Positions 60,179 to 64,000 of a DNA stretch of 64,000 nucleotides are shown here, piece after piece. Numbering within the stretch: the first letter of the stretch is position 1; every line of letters starts with the position of its first letter. Both the position numbers and the translations under genes were made by a program. The stretch spans positions 1,440,001-1,504,000 of the forward strand of contig CAWCKY010000006.1 of NCBI GenBank assembly GCA_963796275.1, written 5' to 3'. The stretch is from an uncultured Acidobacteriota bacterium (GTDB lineage Bacteria > Acidobacteriota > Blastocatellia > RBC074). The notes below the pieces were generated by a model, which was not told the DNA's origin, searched no databases, and worked only from the letters and a program-made list of their open reading frames with translations.

Positions 60179-61486
60179 TTAAAAGTCCAGTTTCGCGAAA
60201 ATGCGGTCGCCTTCTTTCAGCGCGCCATTGCTCGCGACCAAATAGCTCGAGACATCTCCCGCCAGGATCGTAATGGCAACCGGCCTCTGAGTATCACCTT
60301 CAACTCGCGTCACCGTGTGAGACGCTCCGTCGAATCTGACCGCCGTACGCGGGACGAGCAATTGAGGCGCGGTTTCGGAGACCATCACGGCGATCTGGGC
60401 AGACATACCCGGTTTCATGATTTCCATAACCGTGCGATCGAGTGAAATCTCCACCCGGAAGACTTTCGCCTTCGCCATCCAGCTCGCTTTGATCGCAGTT
60501 TGCGATATCTCTTTTATTGCTCCGGTGATGACGGTGTCAGGATAAGTATCCAATCTGACCTCCGTCTTGTCTCCGATCGAGAGCCTCGGTCCATCGACTT
60601 CATTCACCTGAGAGAGCACTTCCATCTCAGTCAGATCCGGTAATCTGACGATCGGCACACCCATCCATACCATATCTCCCACCTGGAGTTTTCGTCGCTC
60701 GTTCCTGTTCCAGTGATCGCCATAGATAACCATCCCATCTGCGGGAGCCTTGAGTTGCATCCCATTTAAATAACTTTTATCTCGGTTCAACTGAACTTTG
60801 AGTTTATCGTTCTCAATTATCTTGACCTGCAGCTCGGCGGCCTGCTCCTTCTTTTTCTTGTCGATCTTATTGAGATGGTTATCGTACTCGGTTTTTGCTT
60901 TTTCGAGAGCTAGCTGCGCATCCTGGTATTCTCGGCGAGGCTGGACATCGGCTGGGATGATGGCCTTCAGCTTGGCTTGCTCGTACGTTAGCCAGAGTTT
61001 GCTTAATTCAATATCGAGGTCTCGCAACGCTGACTCGTGCTGCGCCCTGGATTTGACGATCTCGGTATCCGCGGCAAATATCTTCTCTTCATTATCTTTT
61101 ATCTTGTTCAATACCGTTACGCTGTCGAGCTCGACCAGCCGATCTCCGGCTTTGACTATGGTGCCTTCAGGCGGTAGATAGACGATCTTCACATCTTCCG
61201 GCGTGGTCCCATAAATAGTCCGCGATCTGACGGCGCGTAACTCGCCATCAAGTAATAAGTTCTTTTTCATCGAGCCGCGACGGACTTCAACCACTGGGGA
61301 ATCGGTAGAGGCGCCGTCAGCACCGGCGGATGAGCCGTTAGCACCAGCAGAAAAGAAGGTCAATGAGGGCGGTTGATAGAGAGAGAGGATGATCGGCGCG
61401 AGAATGGCGAGAAGCAGCAGAGCACTAATAATTAATGCGATTCTGCGCTGCTTTGGTTCACCCAGCTTAATAGAACGGCTGATCAT
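60179..61486 (-). CDS. Periplasmic adaptor (membrane fusion protein) 1
   Basis: AGGAG RBS before MISRS; TM; PEGTIVKAGD; KAPADGMV; VNEVD; MKPGMS. Confidence 0.88.
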   Translation of the reverse strand: MISRSIKLGEPKQRRIALIISALLLLAILAPIILSLYQPPSLTFFSAGANGSSAGADGASTDSPVVEVRRGSMKKNLLLDGELRAVRSRTIYGTTPEDVKIVYLPPEGTIVKAGDRLVELDSVTVLNKIKDNEEKIFAADTEIVKSRAQHESALRDLDIELSKLWLTYEQAKLKAIIPADVQPRREYQDAQLALEKAKTEYDNHLNKIDKKKKEQAAELQVKIIENDKLKVQLNRDKSYLNGMQLKAPADGMVIYGDHWNRNERRKLQVGDMVWMGVPIVRLPDLTEMEVLSQVNEVDGPRLSIGDKTEVRLDTYPDTVITGAIKEISQTAIKASWMAKAKVFRVEISLDRTVMEIMKPGMSAQIAVMVSETAPQLLVPRTAVRFDGASHTVTRVEGDTQRPVAITILAGDVSSYLVASNGALKEGDRIFAKLDF

Positions 61487-61653
61487 GGGTATTCTCCTGA
61501 ATTTGAATTTATACAGATGTCTGCTGCTATGAACGCTGTGGCGACAATAATGTTTCAATTCCTTAATAGTTATTCTTGCGAAATCTGGCAAAGATGCAAA
61601 GATTAGTTTCTGCGCGTCTTTGCATTGGAGCATTCATTGTCGGCTGATCCATC

Positions 61654-63386
61654 TCACCGTTGTCTTGCCGGTGGAACAGTGGACATTTGCTCTTTACTGA
61701 ATCGCGGGAGAAGGTCATCACGCATTGCGAGGTAGTAGACGGCGGCGGCGATCACAATCGCCGATTTCTTGGCGTCGTCTTCGATGATCCGTTCATAGGT
61801 ATCGAGGTTGGTATGCCAGGTTGCAGATTGGTATTCGATCGGATCCTGAACTGCGCCAATGCCGGGGAGGCCGGCGCGATTGAACGAAGTATGGTCTGAG
61901 CCGCCCAGGCCACGACTGCGCGTGGCAACGGTTCCGAAAAAGCCGAGGTCTGAAAACGGTGCGAGGGCCTCACGCAGACTGTCGGCCGCCTCGACGGGGC
62001 CGAAGACGCTCATTCCGCGCGCGCGCCCCGTTCCCGAGTCGATATTGAAATAGCCGCCGAATTTGAAATATGCCGGCTTGGGCGCTTCGAAGCTGCCGAA
62101 ATGTTTATTGATATATGCCTGAGAACCGAGCAATCCCTGCTCCTCTCCGCTCCAAAGCGCAACCCGGATAGTGCGGCGGGGTTTGAGGCCGATGGCTTTG
62201 AGAATTCGAGCTGCTTCCATCATGACCGCGCAGCCGATGGCGTTATCGGTCGCGCCGGTCGCAGCGTGCCAAGAATCGAGATGACCGCCGAGCATTATCA
62301 CCTCGTCTTTTCTGTCCAACCCGGGAATCTCGGATACGACGTTATAAGCTGTTCTACCCTCCGGATGGAGCCGGTTTACGATATTGAACTCGAGTTCGAC
62401 CGGCGTCCCGCCCGCCATGATGCGCGAGATGCGGCCATAGTCTTCGTTGCTCATATAGACGGTCGGTACAACCTTCGATGGATCGAAGTTGCGATTGTGA
62501 AAGGCGCGAATCTGCCTATGATCTCGACCGCCATCATCGATCCGCAGCAGCGCACCATTCGCCAGCAGGAACGTATCAATTATCTCGCTCACCCGCCGGC
62601 GGTTGAGCCTCTGCGGTTCTTGTTGTGGTGGCTGTTGCCCCGATTGCCCCGATTGCCTCGATGATTGCCCCGATTGCCCTGGTTGTCCCGATGATTGCCC
62701 CGATTGCCCCGATTGCCCCGTTGGGGCTGATTGATTCTGTTGTTGATTTTCCCGGCTGCTGGCAACCGGCTGCGGCTTGCCGGAGAATCGATCTTTGGCA
62801 GCCTGATCATCAATTCGTTTGGGAGGCGGGGTGAGGTTGACGCTGACCTCCATGTGGTTACCCACCATCACGATCTTGCGTTTGATATTCTCCTTCATCG
62901 TGTCCAGATAAGCGTTAAGTTCAATCTGCGTCGGATTGCCGGGCGGAGACATCTGGATGACCGGTGCGGTGATCGTTCCGTTGGTGCTCGGCGTCCAGGC
63001 CATTACCTCGCACGTCAACGGCTCTTTGATGGGCGAAACGATGTGAGCGGTCAATCGTTCGTTGGTCCAGCCTTGATGGCCGAAGTCCCAGGGATCGAGA
63101 GCCCCGTTTTCAAATCCCCATTCCGCCATCTGTTTGATCGCCCATTTGCCGGCGTTTTCGAGGTTCGGTGAACCGGTCAATCGCGGGCCGTAGACATCGG
63201 TCAAATAATGCATTGACCGCATGATCCATGAAGTTTTCCATCGCTTCTTTCCGGTATCTTCTCTTGAATATCGCGGGCTATCAGCGGTGGGGGATCCGAT
63301 TGAGATTGTCCTCGGACGTGTGTGTAAGCGGCGTATGGAAGAAGTAGTGCCAGACAAAGCAATGAAATTTTGAGCGTACGCACCAT
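61654..63386 (-). CDS. M28 family peptidase (carboxypeptidase Q-like), exported; two +1 insertions near 63255 and 63231
   Basis: [31 protein letters not shown] and WHTNLD. Signal peptide ORF 63201-63386 joins via IRKEAMENSWIMRSM after removing two bases. Confidence 0.88.
62634..62720 (-). repeat. In-frame 9-nt repeat encoding a GQS tract
   Basis: (gattgcccc)n-like units encode [28 protein letters not shown]. Confidence 0.85.
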
Positions 63387-63509
63387 AGATTCTCCTCAGA
63401 ACTGGTTGGCAGTCGCTTGATCAACCGCGACAATAAATAGCAAGATGCCAACCCTTCTTTATCGTTTTCAGGGTATTGTATCTATATATATTGTCTCTAT
63501 TCTCGGTTC

Positions 63510-63539
63510 TTGACAAGATTTGAACCGCACCTTTAGTAT
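63510..63539 (+). promoter_or_regulatory. Candidate sigma70 promoter for glgA
   Basis: TTGACA-18 nt-TAGTAT. Confidence 0.45.
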
Positions 63540-63592
63540 CACGCATCCGTCTCACATTTCAATCACAGGAAGGGCCGAAGTCCTCAAAAAAG

Positions 63593-64000
63593 ATGCGCGT
63601 CATTTTTGCTTCGTCAGAAGTTGTGCCTTATTCAAAAACAGGCGGGCTCGCTGATGTGGCAGGGTCCTTACCCAGGGCTCTCTCCCGCATCGGATGCGAC
63701 ATCAGTGTCGTCACGCCGCGTTATACCGGACTGGGCAAGCGTCACGGAGATGTCGTCGATAGCGCCAGGGGAGAAGTCTTCATCAACGATCTGAGCGTAC
63801 CTTTCGCCGCCACGACCAAATATGCCGTCGTTTGGCGGGACTGGCTGGATGGCGCGCCGGTCTATCTGATCGATAATGACGAGTACTTCGGGCACGGATA
63901 CATTTACGGCAGCGGCGATTTCGATGCCGAGCGCTTCGCCTTCTTCAGCCGCTCCTGTCTCGAGCTGGCCAGAAGGATCGGCGGGCCGCCCGATATATTC
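63593..64000 (+). CDS. glgA: Glycogen synthase, N-terminal part; runs off the right edge
   Basis: Not in the ORF track. Reads [30 protein letters not shown]...VVTPRY...AERFAFFSR, with the KTGGL ADP-glucose motif. Confidence 0.93.
   Translation, partial: MRVIFASSEVVPYSKTGGLADVAGSLPRALSRIGCDISVVTPRYTGLGKRHGDVVDSARGEVFINDLSVPFAATTKYAVVWRDWLDGAPVYLIDNDEYFGHGYIYGSGDFDAERFAFFSRSCLELARRIGGPPDIF

Noticed and set aside
63606-63895. ORFs 63606-63794 (+) and 63668-63895 (-)
   Set aside because: Shadows of glgA, which starts at 63593 in another frame.

Overview
A 64 kb chromosomal window whose gene content (Oar-like TonB-dependent receptors, ECF sigma/Ser-Thr kinase pair, many exported hydrolases, short intergenic repeats) suggests an Acidobacteriota-type genome; this is inference. 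About 1-24 kb is a plant-pectin/arabinan utilisation region (three TonB-dependent receptors, GH51, GH95, PL10, KdgF-like cupin, ROK regulator, Gfo/Idh/MocA enzyme), interrupted by a two-subunit molybdoenzyme and several hypothetical genes. About 24-30 kb holds a MASE1 histidine kinase with two response regulators, a HdeD-family gene, an oxidoreductase and yceH. The best candidate for an undescribed system is 31.0-38.8 kb: five tandem paralogues that each fuse an exported c-type cytochrome (CxxCH) to a PHM/DBH-type binuclear copper monooxygenase. Four keep all copper ligands and the last has lost most of them. About 39-56 kb contains an ECF sigma/kinase pair, an M48-like protease, a VIT-vWA protein, a CocE/NonD hydrolase, a PG-binding GH19-like enzyme, an amidohydrolase and a kinase-FGE-thiS operon. 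About 56-64 kb contains three tandem membrane-fusion proteins with one MacB-like permease and no ATPase, an M28 peptidase and the start of glgA. Five single-base insertions break four otherwise intact genes and are probably sequencing errors. No rRNA, tRNA, CRISPR array or transposase was recognised. All family calls come from motif recognition by eye; no database searches were run.
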